From the NCBI GenBank assembly GCA_963779615.1, contig CAVZZA010000003.1, positions 480,001-544,000 on the forward strand: DNA of 64,000 nt. Direction: 5' to 3'. This document shows positions 44,428-55,788 of this stretch, piece after piece; within the stretch, counting starts at the first letter, position 1; every line of letters begins with the position of its first letter. Made by a program: the position numbers and the translations under genes. This stretch comes from an uncultured Nitrososphaeraceae archaeon (GTDB taxonomy: Archaea; Thermoproteota; Nitrososphaeria; Nitrososphaerales; Nitrososphaeraceae). The notes under the pieces are model-generated. The model did not search any database. It was given only the letters and a program-made list of their open reading frames with translations, and was not told the origin of the DNA.

Positions 44428-44611
44428 CTTACTACTTTCTGAAAGTTTTTATACATTGTGATGGCTATTTTTTTGCCATCAAAATATTATGTCTCAAAAT
44501 GATAATGTTTGATGGAATAATCCCGTCATCACGATAGACATTAAATAAACTCTTACCTACCAAGGTTATTAGTAGATACCAATTTTGATTTTGTAAATTG
44601 AAATTAGGATT

Positions 44612-45904
44612 TTGAATCAGAAAAATCTTATTAACTGTATTAGGGCATCATATTCATTGTATTGGCAACAATACCAAATCTTATTTTTTCTCTTTTTTGC
44701 TTTTATAATAATAATCTCCTTCTACAAATTTTTTCCTCATTATGTACTTGGTGAATCACCATCATTTTCACGTCAGGTCATTAATAATTTGCAACATAAT
44801 TGGGAAATTCAACCTGAGTTAAATGGGATGAACTGTACGGGAATTCAAGATCGAATCCCATATCCTCAGATGGAAGCCGTTAGTTATTTCAGTGATGGAA
44901 AAATTTTAAATGCTACAATCTGGCTATCAGGTCCACTTGATGAACATCCGCTTCCTGCATATCGTTCGCCAATATATGCAATGGCATTAACTATCATTTC
45001 ACCTAATAAAATCGATTCAGGAGACCCTGATTATGCAGTTATGATTTCATGGAATAATACAAATCAAGAGTGGGACAAAAAGTTTGTTGAATATTCAAAG
45101 TCAAAGTCAAATCATTCAATAGTTACACCTATGTATAACATTTCTTCTGGTTTTTTTAGCAATGAGCCCATATTCTATGGGAATGGAGGAAAGGCTCATA
45201 TCAATTTTTCACTGGATTTGAGTAAAGTAACATCTCCTAGCCAGTACATGGTGTTATTTGGCATACAAGATAATTTTCTTAATATTGGAAATGGAAATAA
45301 TTTTAGTTCATGTATGGTGAGAGATTTTGGCAATAATATTGCATATATTCCTCCTCCAAAATTCAGCATATCAACAGCGCCTAGTCCTCTGATTTTAAGA
45401 CCCGGAGACCAAAAAAACTTGGAACTGAGTGTAAATTCTAGCATCCTTGGAGCCCCTATAATCTCTTTCTCTACAAACCAAAGTAAATTAATCGGATTAA
45501 ATTTTAGTCCTAGTGAAGAACATCTTACTCCAGAAGGCATAACTGTATCAAATTTAAACATACATGTTTTTGGAAATGCTACAGCAAAGCCATATACACT
45601 GCCTATATTTGCAACTATAACTTTTCCTAGTCTCAATATACAAAAGATTTTTACGCCCTTCACTCAGCCCAGCATTCGGTCTGATAATCAGAGTGAGCAA
45701 AATGCAAATATGATTCTAAGACCATCATATTTCACGGTAACAGTACAAGAACCATTAACGTGGCAAGAAAACTTTTCTAACATTTGGTCAGTTTGGGGCG
45801 GTTTTATCAATTTAGTCGGAGGAGGATTCGCTGCAGGTTTTGCAGCACTAGTGTTAAATAGGTTTAAAATAGATCGAAAAAAACAAACGAATGAATCTTC
45901 TTAA
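44612..45904 (+). CDS. hypothetical surface protein with N- and C-terminal membrane segments
   Basis: Beta-rich extracellular region with many N-x-S/T sequons and a C-terminal hydrophobic helix followed by basic residues. Confidence 0.7.
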   Translation: MNQKNLINCIRASYSLYWQQYQILFFLFFAFIIIISFYKFFPHYVLGESPSFSRQVINNLQHNWEIQPELNGMNCTGIQDRIPYPQMEAVSYFSDGKILNATIWLSGPLDEHPLPAYRSPIYAMALTIISPNKIDSGDPDYAVMISWNNTNQEWDKKFVEYSKSKSNHSIVTPMYNISSGFFSNEPIFYGNGGKAHINFSLDLSKVTSPSQYMVLFGIQDNFLNIGNGNNFSSCMVRDFGNNIAYIPPPKFSISTAPSPLILRPGDQKNLELSVNSSILGAPIISFSTNQSKLIGLNFSPSEEHLTPEGITVSNLNIHVFGNATAKPYTLPIFATITFPSLNIQKIFTPFTQPSIRSDNQSEQNANMILRPSYFTVTVQEPLTWQENFSNIWSVWGGFINLVGGGFAAGFAALVLNRFKIDRKKQTNESS

Positions 45905-46469
45905 TCAATCGAGTTTATAAATAATCATTCCACTCTCTACCCTTATCTTTGGAATTGCATCAGTTGCGATTGATAAAAAACGAAAGAAAAGGTAGAAATG
46001 AGTCACTCCGAGTCACTCTCTAAACATAATGATAATTATTACCATATATGGTCGTACTAGATGCAAAAAAACATTTCACGGATATAATTTTAATATCGAA
46101 TATAAATATTATTTCTAGATTGTCATATTTGGGTTATATCAAAGACAAAGAAAATTAATTTTTACTGGTTTTGTTTTTTTAATATAGATTTTGTCTCATC
46201 TTCACATTTTACTTCTGTCCATTTATCGAAGAGTCCATAAGATTGAGAAATGTCTAGATACCTAAGCGTGGCTGCCATGGCACCAGGATTCATACCTTTT
46301 GCATGTAATAGGCTACCAGTATTGTTGGGTTCTTTTGAACTTATATCACTGCTCATGTTTATTAGAAGGAACTTTATATGTATAAGATTTCTTAAGCTTG
46401 GCATTTATATGCATAAACCAATCAGACTAATTTTAGATGACCGATTTCTGTTTTGATATTTATTATTAG

Positions 46470-46620
46470 ATCCCAAGAATACCCCATCTTTTATACGGCT
46501 TGATAAATTCAACAAATACAGAATTGGCGGATTGAAAGATAAATCAAAAAATGGCAGACCTGCAGGGATTTTAGAAGAGTTAGTTTACCAGATAAAAAAG
46601 GAATTATTATCTGAATATTA
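46470..46620 (+). pseudogene. IS630-like transposase HTH fragment
   Basis: Reads NKYRIGGLKDKSKNGRPAGILEELVYQIKKEL, the GLxDxxxxGRP linker of IS630-type transposases; no full ORF. Confidence 0.5.
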
Positions 46621-46980
46621 AAAGTGTCACCTTGAGTAGTCCTTTAGATTGGAATATCTTTGATCACTACGATAGTTCACGGATATTTTGTAGTAATAAT
46701 GATTGCAATAAAGTAACCGAATTGATTATAGTATCTGATTATACTATTGAAATCAATAAATCGTTAGAACACTAATTCATCAGTATTAACCAACAAAAAA
46801 AAATGGTGTAACAACTGGACAAATAAAACAGGTTCCTGATAGCAACAATAAATTTGTATTTAATGTGAAATATAATGATCTAGCCAGGACCGGATATTTT
46901 TATTAATTCTGGAAATGAAGATCTCCGATAAAGTTTTTTATACACATTAATTAGTTCATGATCATAGTCATTTAATCACA

Positions 46981-48313
46981 ATGAACTCCAAAGATATACA
47001 GACATTAAACAATTCGGGTTTGGAACATTATAATCAGGGGGAAAAAAATCATGAGAAAGACGAAGTTAAAAAATCAATAGAATATTTTGATAAAATACTT
47101 AAACTAGAACCAAATAATGTGGTTGCATTAAAAAATAAAGGCAATGCACTTATTTACTTAGATTGGAATGATGAAGCTATCAAATGCTTTGATAAAGACT
47201 TTGGAAATTAATCATTCATCTGCCGATTTATTGAATAATAAAGGCAATGCTTTCTATAAGGCAAATAAATTTGAAGAGGCAAATTACTATTATGATAAAG
47301 CTCTAAAGATCAATGCTAAATTTAAAGAAGTATGGAATAATAAAGGCAATGCTTATGCCAAAATGGTAAAATTTGATACAAATGCAGAAGGTCAAAATTA
47401 TAGATATGCTAAAGAATCTTACGAGAAGGCGATTGAAATAGATGATGAATATTATACTGCATATAATAATTTTGCATTATTAGATGTAATTGAATCCAAG
47501 ATATTTGAAAATAAAGGAAAATTACAAGACGCTAAAGAGCACATTGAAAAATCATATAAAATAAAAAGTGACAATCCAGAAACTTTGGATAATTATGGTG
47601 TAGTTTATTATCACCTTAAAGATTACGATAAAGCTCTAGAGTTTTTCAATAGAGCTAAAGAAAAAGACAATAAATCTGCAATAATAATGTATCACATAGG
47701 AAGAACTAACGTCAAAAAAGAAAATTATATAGAAGCCCTGAGTTGTTTTGATAAATCTTTAGATATCGAGCCTAAATTTGCCGAAGCTTATAATGGGTTA
47801 GCTTTTGTCTATAATAAACTAAAAGACTTCAACAAGGCTATCAAATATGCAAGGAAGGCATTAGAAATAAAGCCTGAACTAGAAGTTGCAGATTATAACC
47901 TCGGAAAATTAGCTTCAAGCGATTTAATTAAAAAACACGGTGATTTTTGGGAATTTTGGACATCTTCGCCTTTTAAAAAACTAATAGTGTTAGTAATTTT
48001 ATTATTAACTTTTGTTTTTGTATCTCTCTATGCAATTCATATTTTCGGTTTTTTCAATCTCAATGAAGTTACAACAACTAACACCACTACAGCAAATAAA
48101 ATAGTAAATACTACAATACTTACCAATTCGGGAAGAGATGTACCTGAAACATATTTTATTATCATAGGTGTATTGCTATTTATTTTACTACTACCTGAAA
48201 TAAGAAAGGCTAAGATGGGCCCGGTTGAATTTGAATTAGATGAATCTGACAAACATCATTTTGAAAATGAGCCTAGTCCGAGCGGTCAAGAAGATGGAGA
48301 TGAAGAAATCTGA
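46981..48313 (+). CDS. TPR-repeat protein with two C-terminal transmembrane helices (frameshift near 47200)
   Basis: Repeated NNKGNA...A...YDKAL.I TPR units across ORFs 46981-47211 and 47168-48313; hydrophobic helices near the end. Confidence 0.85.
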
Positions 48314-48517
48314 TAATGCATACTATATCCAATTAATTTACTTTTTAATCCTTTGTCAATATTATATAATAAGATTAAAATCAGAAAATTTACCAAGTAT
48401 CATTCGCATACAAAGGTTAATTTGCATTCCAAGTTGATTTAAAATACATATAATATATAAGCAAAGCAATTAAAAAATAATTAATCGTAAAATGGTATTA
48501 TAACCCCTTTACCACAA

Positions 48518-48544
48518 GGATTTAAAACCCGCTCAGTCCATCGA
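48518..48544 (+). repeat. att-like copy of tRNA-Ala 3' end
   Basis: GGATTTAAAACCCGCTCAGTCCATCGA versus tRNA GGGTTCAAATCCCGCTCAGTCCATCGA. Confidence 0.85.
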
Positions 48545-48781
48545 ACAACCTTCGGCAGAAATGCCCGTGAGTTTTTATGCTTATTTTTATGAAATAGTTG
48601 ACCATCAAATCCATGAATTTTGGATGGAAAATGGCAAAAAAGTTGACTATATGGTTGACCATCATAGCAAGTAAATCCTCTTTGAATGTTTAAATTGGAT
48701 TTGTCTTTATCAAAGAAAATGTTTTTACTCAAAGTAATTGCATCTACATTATCATTTTTTAAAATTTTCGAGGTTTTATCA

Positions 48782-49457
48782 GGTGCTGTTAACTCAGGCG
48801 TTTATCACCTTCATGTTATGCATTTTTGCAAACAGGTTGAACCAGTTTTTGATATGGCGGAAGTCGCACACCGCTTTTCTGCATGGAAAATAGTCGTCAA
48901 ATCCTTCTGTCCTGTCCTTGATGTACTGTATTGTCCTTTCAATAACACTTTTCTAAAATGTGGAATGAATATGATGCTTCAGTTTCAGGAACAGAAAGGC
49001 CTGCGGATACCATGTGCCTCCGTCAGTTGAAACAGGATACTTTCCGTGAGCCTTGACCAGGCCAAAGATAAACCTTTCCGCAACAAGCATGTTTCTCTCT
49101 TTGGAGATTGACAGTGCGAGAATCTGCCTGTCTTTTGGCTCGATGGCAACCCAAAGCCACACCAATTCCGAACCTGTCTTAACAAGTGTTTCATCCACAA
49201 CATATTCTGAAATCCTTTTCCTTGATCCCGTCTTCCTTCCAGGCCTATATTTCTGAATCCACTTCCAGATTGCAACATGGCTTCTCTTTACAATGTGCAG
49301 GTAAGACAACGCCTTGGCAACGTTTCTCAATGACAAACCAAGAAAGTAAAGATACAAACCGTGGCCAATGTGTTTTGAAGGTGTCCTATTTCTCTTATTG
49401 CGCATACAGGAAATGAGCATCCTCAAGCTATAGGATTTTCGTTAAGTTAACAGGGCC
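48782..49457 (-). mobile_element. IS6-family element with 8-bp target duplication; transposase carries a nonsense codon
   Basis: IRs GGTGCTGTTAACTC and GGCCCTGTTAACTT; TTTTATCA at 48774-48781 and 49458-49465. ORF 49426-48794 has VDET, WLWVAI, STDGG and IERTIQYIKDR, with an in-frame TAG at 48953-48955. Confidence 0.92.
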
Positions 49458-49465
49458 TTTTATCA

Positions 49466-50242
49466 TTAGTATAAATTTTTATAATCGAATTAGATCTAAA
49501 ATCAAAATGCTCGTCATGCTTTTCAATTGTAGGATCTTTTGTTGACTTCAAGGCATATAAATCTGAATTTCTAGATAAAGAAAAAGTCGATATGGGTCCA
49601 TTATAACCAAATGAAGCAATTTTATTAAATCAGGATTTTTTTTGTTTTCTATTGTTAAGTAACATTGAATGTTTCGTTACATCATTAAAGATATTTGCTC
49701 CAACAATAAAATCCAAAAAATCAAGGTTACTTGTGATGTTATCGTCATCATTAATGTAGATTTGTTTTTCTTGCACAATTTTTTTTAACATACTGTGGGA
49801 ATTGGTGTTTTGAAGGCTTTTAGGTTTTGTATAATAAATATAATCTCCATCACCTTCATTATTTTTAACATGATAATCTAGTTTATTATTATCACCATAT
49901 TCAACACCTACTGATTTTAATAGAAAATTTTGTAACTCACTTTCTTTAGGTTTTAAAAAGAGTCGAAACTCTAATGTTAAGATTAAAGACGTTCAAATTT
50001 GTCTTGCTTTTTTTATGTAAGGTATTAGGTGTAATCTTTCGAAAAAATCAATAATTTGCTTATCGGAAGGTAACCCCACAGGATCTAAAAACATTTTAGA
50101 ACATTATAACGTCCTACTAGATTTTTTTCAACATTTGTAAATAAAAATGGCAATGCATATTTTCTATTTTTAATTAACTTTAACAATGAAACAGATACAA
50201 ATTAAAATCAATATTGAATTCTTTTTTGTAATCTTTATCCAT
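49466..50242 (-). pseudogene. decayed gene of unknown function interrupted by the IS6
   Basis: Long open stretches with scattered stops. Removing the IS and one TSD joins IKIYTNDK to TSKILKNDNVDAITLSKNIFF (ORF 48481-48732). Confidence 0.4.
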
Positions 50243-51006
50243 GCTTAAATATTTATTTTTATCCTGAACTTTGTGGTTAATTTTAGGGCCATTTCCTGCT
50301 TTGGTGGTCAAGGGCTATCATTATAGTTTACAAGAGCCCGTAGATTATATTTATCAAATTCAACTGTAGTAGAAGGCAACAATGTTATATTAAATAGTGG
50401 CTTATGTAGGATTAACACAAATATTAAGCAATATTCATTACTGTAAACAATATTATTTATAATGATAAATAAAATAAATTTTAATCGATGCTAAACATTG
50501 TAGACAATTTCAAACTAATTTATGCTCCCCTTTTCTATCTAGCCCCTTCTTATGGATTTTGGAAATTTCATTACAACAACTTTGTCTTTCATTGTGAAAT
50601 AGGTTCAATATTCCTTATCTAGACCAATTGGATTGAAATGAAATAAAGGCTACCTCTTCATAAATTTTTTCGATAGGGTAGCGAATACCTAATCCAGATT
50701 ATGTAGATCCAAATTAAATTTATTTTGACATTTCGGACAGGTTATTTTTAAACTTTCATTAAAATTTATTTGCGGATACAGACCCCAACGTTAAAAAATG
50801 GCTAGAGGAACATAATATGGATATCAATAAAATGAGAGTTGACCTAGTCAATACATCTAAAGAGATCAAAGACCTTTATGATCCATCAAAAAAACCTTCA
50901 ATAACCATATCAAATACCGTTGATAGAACGCTTTCAGAACTAGATAAAAAAACCAAGGTAACTACTTCCTGACTCATAGAAGGATATTTCAAGAAATAAA
51001 ATAGTT

Positions 51007-52181
51007 GAGCATGGGTCATAATTCATTTTAATAATTTAGTCATTATTTTCGGAAGACAAATCAGCATCCTATCATGTACTTAATTGCTTTTGGAATGTCT
51101 TTCTGCATTTTGCAGTTATAATAAACAAGTATTTGATAGAGTAACACGGAAAGAAGAACAACTGCACATACCTTATCATATCCTCTCACAGGTAATGGGT
51201 CCATTCTAAAGACTGATTTGATGTGCTCAAACAGCGGTTCTATGGATTTGCCTCTCTTTGAGTATATGACCTATCCTAGAGCGGATTCATAGAAATCAAC
51301 AATTAGATTTATCCTTTCTGATGGGGTATTTCTGTATCGATGGACTGGACATACAAGTTGAAATCCCAAATCCATGCTCAAGTCATACAGGTTTTGGTCG
51401 TCGTATCCGGGGTCTGCAGTCATGTAATACGTTTTCCTTATTGTTGTAGAATGTAAACTGGATGTTAGTTCTGGAAAGACCTGGTTGTCATATACATTTG
51501 CTGTTGTAGCATCAGCTGATAGGGGTAAAGCAATGGAACCAGTACCTACATACCATGTGCAACTTGTATCCAAATACCCAACCTTTGGTATGACTGAAAC
51601 CCCATCTGGCGTCTGTGTCAATACCCGGACGTGGTACTATTCCTTTTTCCATTGAGGATTTATGCCAGACATGACCTTTTGCTTTGATAGGTGTGCTGTC
51701 TATTGCGAGGATATGTGGTCTGACCAAACCTTCTGAAACAAACAGACATCCCATTGTTGCAATCCTTTCTTTGATGTCGATAGAGATTGTCTTCAACCGC
51801 CTGTCAAAGGTGCGCCTGCTTGGCAACTGCGGTTCAGACAATCCACAGGCTTTCGTCACCTTTTTGTTGTAGGGCAGGTCGATGGAAAGATATTGATGCA
51901 GTGCCCTGTTTGAATCAAGCCGTAACCATATGCGTACTATAAAGCATCTCAAAATTGTGGTGGCAGAATATACACACGGTCTACCGCGGCGGCTGCGGCG
52001 ACAATGATTTTTTGTCTGATTGTCACCGCATGACCAGTCAATCAATCCAATGATATGCAAAATGCTAATTAGAATGGATGATGAACAATTTGTTGCTAGT
52101 CTTTTAGGTAGTACCTTGTTTCACCAAAATACGATACTCCTCTAGGCTAGCTTTATTTGTTATGAATTCTGACCCGGGCTC
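51007..52181 (-). mobile_element. IS element with DDE_Tnp_1-type transposase (frameshifted; family uncertain) and 8-bp target duplication
   Basis: IR GAGCATGGGTCATAATTCAT versus GAGCCCGGGTCAGAATTCAT; AAATAGTT at 50999-51006 and 52182-52189; LAIDSTPI, D.DARWG, GYKLH, ADPGYD motifs. Confidence 0.9.
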
Positions 52182-52261
52182 AAATAGTTATCAAATCGCC
52201 AAGATATATTTTATTATTTGGTAAACAGTACATATAGAAGAAATAAATAAACTTGTCACTA

Positions 52262-52426
52262 AAAAGAAGAATTCTTCGACGAGGGGTACCATTCGGTCCA
52301 CCGTTAGGTCAAGGAAATTGGGTACAGATATTAAAACTAAAGGATTTTTATTTATATCGTATCCAGGGTCAATTGAAGACCAATTTGAATTTTTAATAAG
52401 AAGATGGACTAATAGCATTGGATAAA
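52262..52426 (+). pseudogene. Dyp-type peroxidase C-terminal fragment
   Basis: Reads RRILRRGVPFGPPL then, after a frame change, GFLFISYPGSIEDQFEFLIRRWTNS, matching the DyP motifs around the distal Arg. Confidence 0.65.
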
Positions 52427-52546
52427 CCATCTTGCTCGGAAGATATTTGTGAGGCGGCATTCTGTGTGGTACATTATCCCAATTAAACCATTTAATGATA
52501 GCCAACTATCCAACATTTCAATAGATATTGATAATTAAAGTAATTA

Positions 52547-52894
52547 ATGGGTATAAATTGTATATCATTAGCAATATTTATTAATATCGCTTTTTTAATT
52601 AAAGAAATGTCATTTAAAGTCATTCTAAAACATGCAAGTACAGAGGGTGATGAACACACATATTATGGAATCGTTTTCCTTAAATCTGGTCAAAATCAAT
52701 CAAAGAGGCTTGAATTTTCAGAATCAGAAAACATATTGAAAGCTACATTTACTTTTGACGGTCACCCTGTAGAATCCGGAGAGAATTACTTGGCAGTTTT
52801 GATTCCAGTGAACGAAGGCGAGAGAATTGACAATCCAGAATTTAAAATACAGTTTAATTCTCCAGCACCTGAACCAGAAATAGTTAATTTTTGA
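52547..52894 (+). CDS. hypothetical protein
   Basis: Beta-rich ORF, probable start MSFKV at about 52607; no motif recognised. Confidence 0.55.
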   Translation: MGINCISLAIFINIAFLIKEMSFKVILKHASTEGDEHTYYGIVFLKSGQNQSKRLEFSESENILKATFTFDGHPVESGENYLAVLIPVNEGERIDNPEFKIQFNSPAPEPEIVNF

Positions 52895-53138
52895 AAAATT
52901 AAAATAAGTTCCACCATTCAAAACCAACCAACCTTTTTCTTTAATTAAACATCATATTATAGATTATTATTCATAAAACATGAGAATAAAATTCATTTAT
53001 AGGGTACAAATAACATATTGTTTTATTAAGATAAACAACATTTTAAACTAATATGGAAATATTAATAATTTACTAATTGATAAATTTTAGGATAGTAGAA
53101 CATTACACAAAATAGTAATCAACTGAAAAACATTCCTA

Positions 53139-53152
53139 GCTCAGTCCATCGA
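53139..53152 (+). repeat. second att-like copy of tRNA-Ala 3' end
   Basis: GCTCAGTCCATCGA is an exact 14-nt match to the tRNA end, and 15 nt match the 48531 copy. Confidence 0.75.
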
Positions 53153-53660
53153 ATAGTGACCGAAAGGCACTTCTCCATACGATGAAAAATAAAACCTTTT
53201 TGATCTATTCAATTTTTGGTGGATATTATAGTGAAGGTTATAGGTGTTAAAATAGACCTATTTTATTAAATCGCTAAAACTATTTTCCCAAATCACAGGA
53301 TCCCATAGATATGTTTACACAATCATTTAATGATCTTTCTAAAAATTGGGCCAGTGCTTCAAAGAAATTTGAGTCCATGTACTCTTACTGCAAGAAAGGA
53401 AGTCATGTGAAAGGGATTGATGAAAAAGACGGAGGGGTTGGTGGACGAGAATCCAGAGCATTTTACAAAACGTTCCCAGAAGGGAACAAAAGTATCTTAA
53501 AAACCAAACATGGACACAATTCGTCTCACACCAGGTTGCCTAAACATCTAAAATCATATTTAGATCGCAAAAAGACAACGACATACTTGACAACTCTTTA
53601 TGGGATGTTATTGCAAATTATTGACATATAGATTTAATACATCCCAATATATATTAAATT

Positions 53661-55320
53661 ATGAATACTTTATTTGCATTTCATCCAATGAATGCTACAT
53701 TACAAGTGCCATATTTGACTACAGTCAAGATTGGCGATAATCAAGTCAACGTCGCAGAACCCGCAGAGATTTATTTACGTCATGTTTCCGAAGACCGCAA
53801 GATTATCGCACAACTTGATTTGATCCACTCATTTAAACCACTGACTGAACCAAACTCTTACAGCTTGGCCATGTGGCAGACACCTATACGTAACCAAGGA
53901 GGTAGGGGGACATGCTATACTTTTGCTTGTATAGCCGCAATGGAGGCCATGTACAATCGTGCATTTGGACGGATACTCGACCTTTCCGAGCACTACGCAT
54001 TTCAATTAGGGAAAATTGGTGAGTTATACCCAGATTACATGACCAACGCGCTTCCACATGAAAGTAACACGAGCTACTGGGGAGGCCAAGGAAACAGTAC
54101 CTTTCTTAAATATGATTAGTCGATGCGCCGTGCCCATAGAATCAGAGTGTCCTTATCTAAGTCAGGGAGATTTGGAAAAAATTCGAACATCATTAGGGTT
54201 ACCACCAATGGATGACTTTGAGACTATTACACAAGAAACCATTGATGAATTTGAGTTTGATGAAAAAAATGTGTCAGTTGCGGCACGCAGTCAGGCTGTA
54301 TATCAAGGTACTGGTTACGCGATAATAGGCATTGAGATTGCAGATATCGAAAATGCGATTGCTTCAGATCACGAGGTTGTTTTGGACATCTCGACAAACT
54401 GGTTTACAGATTCTGGTGGCGTATGGCAGTATAGGGCTGATCCCTCTGCACAAGGTCACACAATCTTAATCGTAGGCTATAATCGAGATTCTAAGATCTT
54501 CACGTTCAAGAACAGTTGGGGATCTGGAGGCCTTGACTCTATGAGTTATGATTGCTTTTCAAAAATAGCTGCAGGTGCTTGTACACTTAATGGTGTTGTG
54601 AGTCCTCTTCGTGGTCCTCAGGTCTTGTCACGATGGCTTGGTAAATGGAATTCCGATCATGATGGCTGGCGCGGTAAACTCACGATTCGACGAGTCACGA
54701 ACTTTCGGGACAGCGGTACTAGTGCTCCAACAAAGATAGGCAATTGGTATGCTCCAGATAATACACGTCGTGACATAAATGGTTCCTTCCATGAAAACGA
54801 TTTGCAGTGTATTTATTGGATGGCTTCAAACTCTGACAAGGTGCGACCTGGTCAGATCATAGGACAACCCTTTACTGTCGAGAATTACTCCTGGGAAGCG
54901 ACTAAATGTGCCGGTACGACGGTCTGGGGCGATTCTAGTTTTGGAGTAATCCTTGATAGATCCGGGATCCCCATCAGTTCTAATAACGGGGACTCCAAAG
55001 AGTGGATAGGAAGCTGGTCAATGAATCATGATGGCTGGCGCGGTATTCTTACAGTTAGTGATTTTATAAACATACGACTCCCACCAGGTCTCACCTTAAC
55101 TATTGTACGAGCAAGTTACAAGGGAGCTGATGGTACTATATATTCAGTAGCGGGATTGCGTGACGCAAGCAATTCACATCATTTATCGATTACTATTGCA
55201 TTTCCAGACAATAACCAAACTTTTGACCTTTATCTTTTCAGCCAAGAACTCGATAAAGCAGCAGGAAACACTGTCTGGTCAGACAAAACCTTTGGTGTTC
55301 AATTATACAAGATCGTCTAG
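53661..55320 (+). CDS. papain-like (C1A) cysteine peptidase with duplicated C-terminal beta domain (frameshift near 54110)
   Basis: TPIRNQGGRGTCYTFA (oxyanion Gln, catalytic Cys), DLSE, GHTILIVGY (His), FKNSWG (Asn); two W.G.W...HDGWRG.LT repeats. Confidence 0.85.
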
Positions 55321-55788
55321 ATGTATCGTTACTCATGATGATATGAGATATTCCTATAGAAAGCAGGAGACAAATGGTACTCCCTAATACAGGCCCGTAA
55401 TTTGAACATGCGGTGAAGAATATTCAAGCGCGTATTTCGGGTAGGGATTACTCTACCTGTTGGGTAAATATGCTTTTTATCTTTAATTGAACTGTCATTC
55501 TAACATCAAGTGCAAATCAATAAAAATGATATAATATCTATATTAAAAATCAAAAATCACCCTGCTTTGATATTCCGGATAATAAATAGAATGCAATAAT
55601 ATTAAAATTTAAAACCACCCTTTAGATATACATCAATAGAATATATAAGAAAGAAACAAATGATTTGTCTCCATGTTTTTCGTTAGGCTGCAATTCCTAC
55701 GAAATTGAGTGGTATGATTTATTTAGAAGTTTTCAAATGTTTTGTTGAATCATAAAAGAGAAAAATCCAAATATAGATAGATATACCA

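Larger units (their letters stand above)
43329..48544. mobile_element. putative integrated segment 1 bounded by tRNA-Ala 3'-end direct repeats
   Basis: 43302-43328 is repeated at 48518-48544 (24/27, last 17 exact); no integrase seen. Confidence 0.6.
48545..53152. mobile_element. putative integrated segment 2 between the second and third tRNA-Ala 3'-end repeats
   Basis: Bounded by GCTCAGTCCATCGA copies; contents are mostly decayed genes and IS elements. Confidence 0.5.

Noticed and set aside
45999-46020. Twin GAGTCACTC near-palindromes as an operator
   Set aside because: Too short, single occurrence, and no linked regulator or promoter.
46911-46975. GGAAATGAAGATCTCC as a fluoride riboswitch
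   Set aside because: The 5' part resembles the consensus, but the 3' TGATGACTTC pseudoknot partner is missing and the downstream gene is not fluoride-related.
53311-53631. 106-aa ORF after the third att copy as an integrase fragment
   Set aside because: No R..HxxR..Y tyrosine-recombinase motif recognisable on either strand.
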